The notes under the pieces: generated by a model
The model's database searches: none
What the model was told of the DNA's origin: nothing
What the model saw: the letters and a program-made list of their open reading frames with translations, nothing else
DNA from: Haplodiscus bocki
Lineage: Eukaryota
Length of the DNA stretch: 64,000 nucleotides
Reading direction: 5' to 3'
Assembly (NCBI GenBank): GCA_965655095.1
Contig: OZ296659.1
Span: 54,746,001-54,810,000, forward strand
Part shown: positions 63,767 through 64,000 of the stretch, one piece after another
Numbering within the stretch: the stretch's first letter is position 1
Layout: each line of letters starts with the position of its first letter
Translations under genes and position numbers: made by a program

Positions 63767-64000
63767 GATGGCAGGACAAAATACCCAAGCCGAAAATACC
63801 GAAACCAAAATTACCCAAAGCCCCAAAATTGAAATGACTACTAATTAAATAATTAACAACGTCTTAACGATAAAAGTCTCAAGACGCTATTTCAAGACAT
63901 TATGTAAGTTTAATGACGGTTCGAAATATTGGTGTCAGAAAAAAATACAACAAGCTAAAATATTCACAGATAATTATCTTGAACAAAAAACGATTTTTAA
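63767..64000. mobile_element. Second diverged copy of the same MULE-like MITE, cut by the window end
   Basis: GATGGCAGGACAAAATACCCAAGCC, with internal sequence colinear to 62951-63170. Confidence 0.7.

Overview
AT-rich, intron-containing eukaryotic (probably invertebrate animal) DNA dominated by decayed endogenous Polinton/Maverick (adintovirus-like) elements. A full-length 13.8-kb Polinton ('family A', 38562-52385) has AGTAGT...ACTACT termini, TIRs of about 100 bp and a 6-bp target duplication CAGGCA/CAGGCG. It carries remnants of pPolB, protease, major and minor capsid, core proteins, integrase, packaging ATPase and a PLA2-like ORF, and it lies inside the last intron of a minus-strand host tetraspanin gene, 40 bp from the splice acceptor. 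Two truncated copies of the same insertion (3118-10969, 13074-18666) arose by segmental duplication together with the tetraspanin terminal exon and a Tc1/mariner MITE. Between them are a CR1-group LINE split by a TA-flanked insertion and a 5.9-kb tandem duplication of a second, more decayed Polinton family ('B'). The family A polymerase gene appears to carry three spliceosomal introns. The right end holds a minus-strand L2HGDH gene whose long intron seems to use a non-canonical GA donor and contains an orphan 163-aa ORF, followed by MULE-type MITEs. All calls come from reading motifs by eye; no database searches were run.
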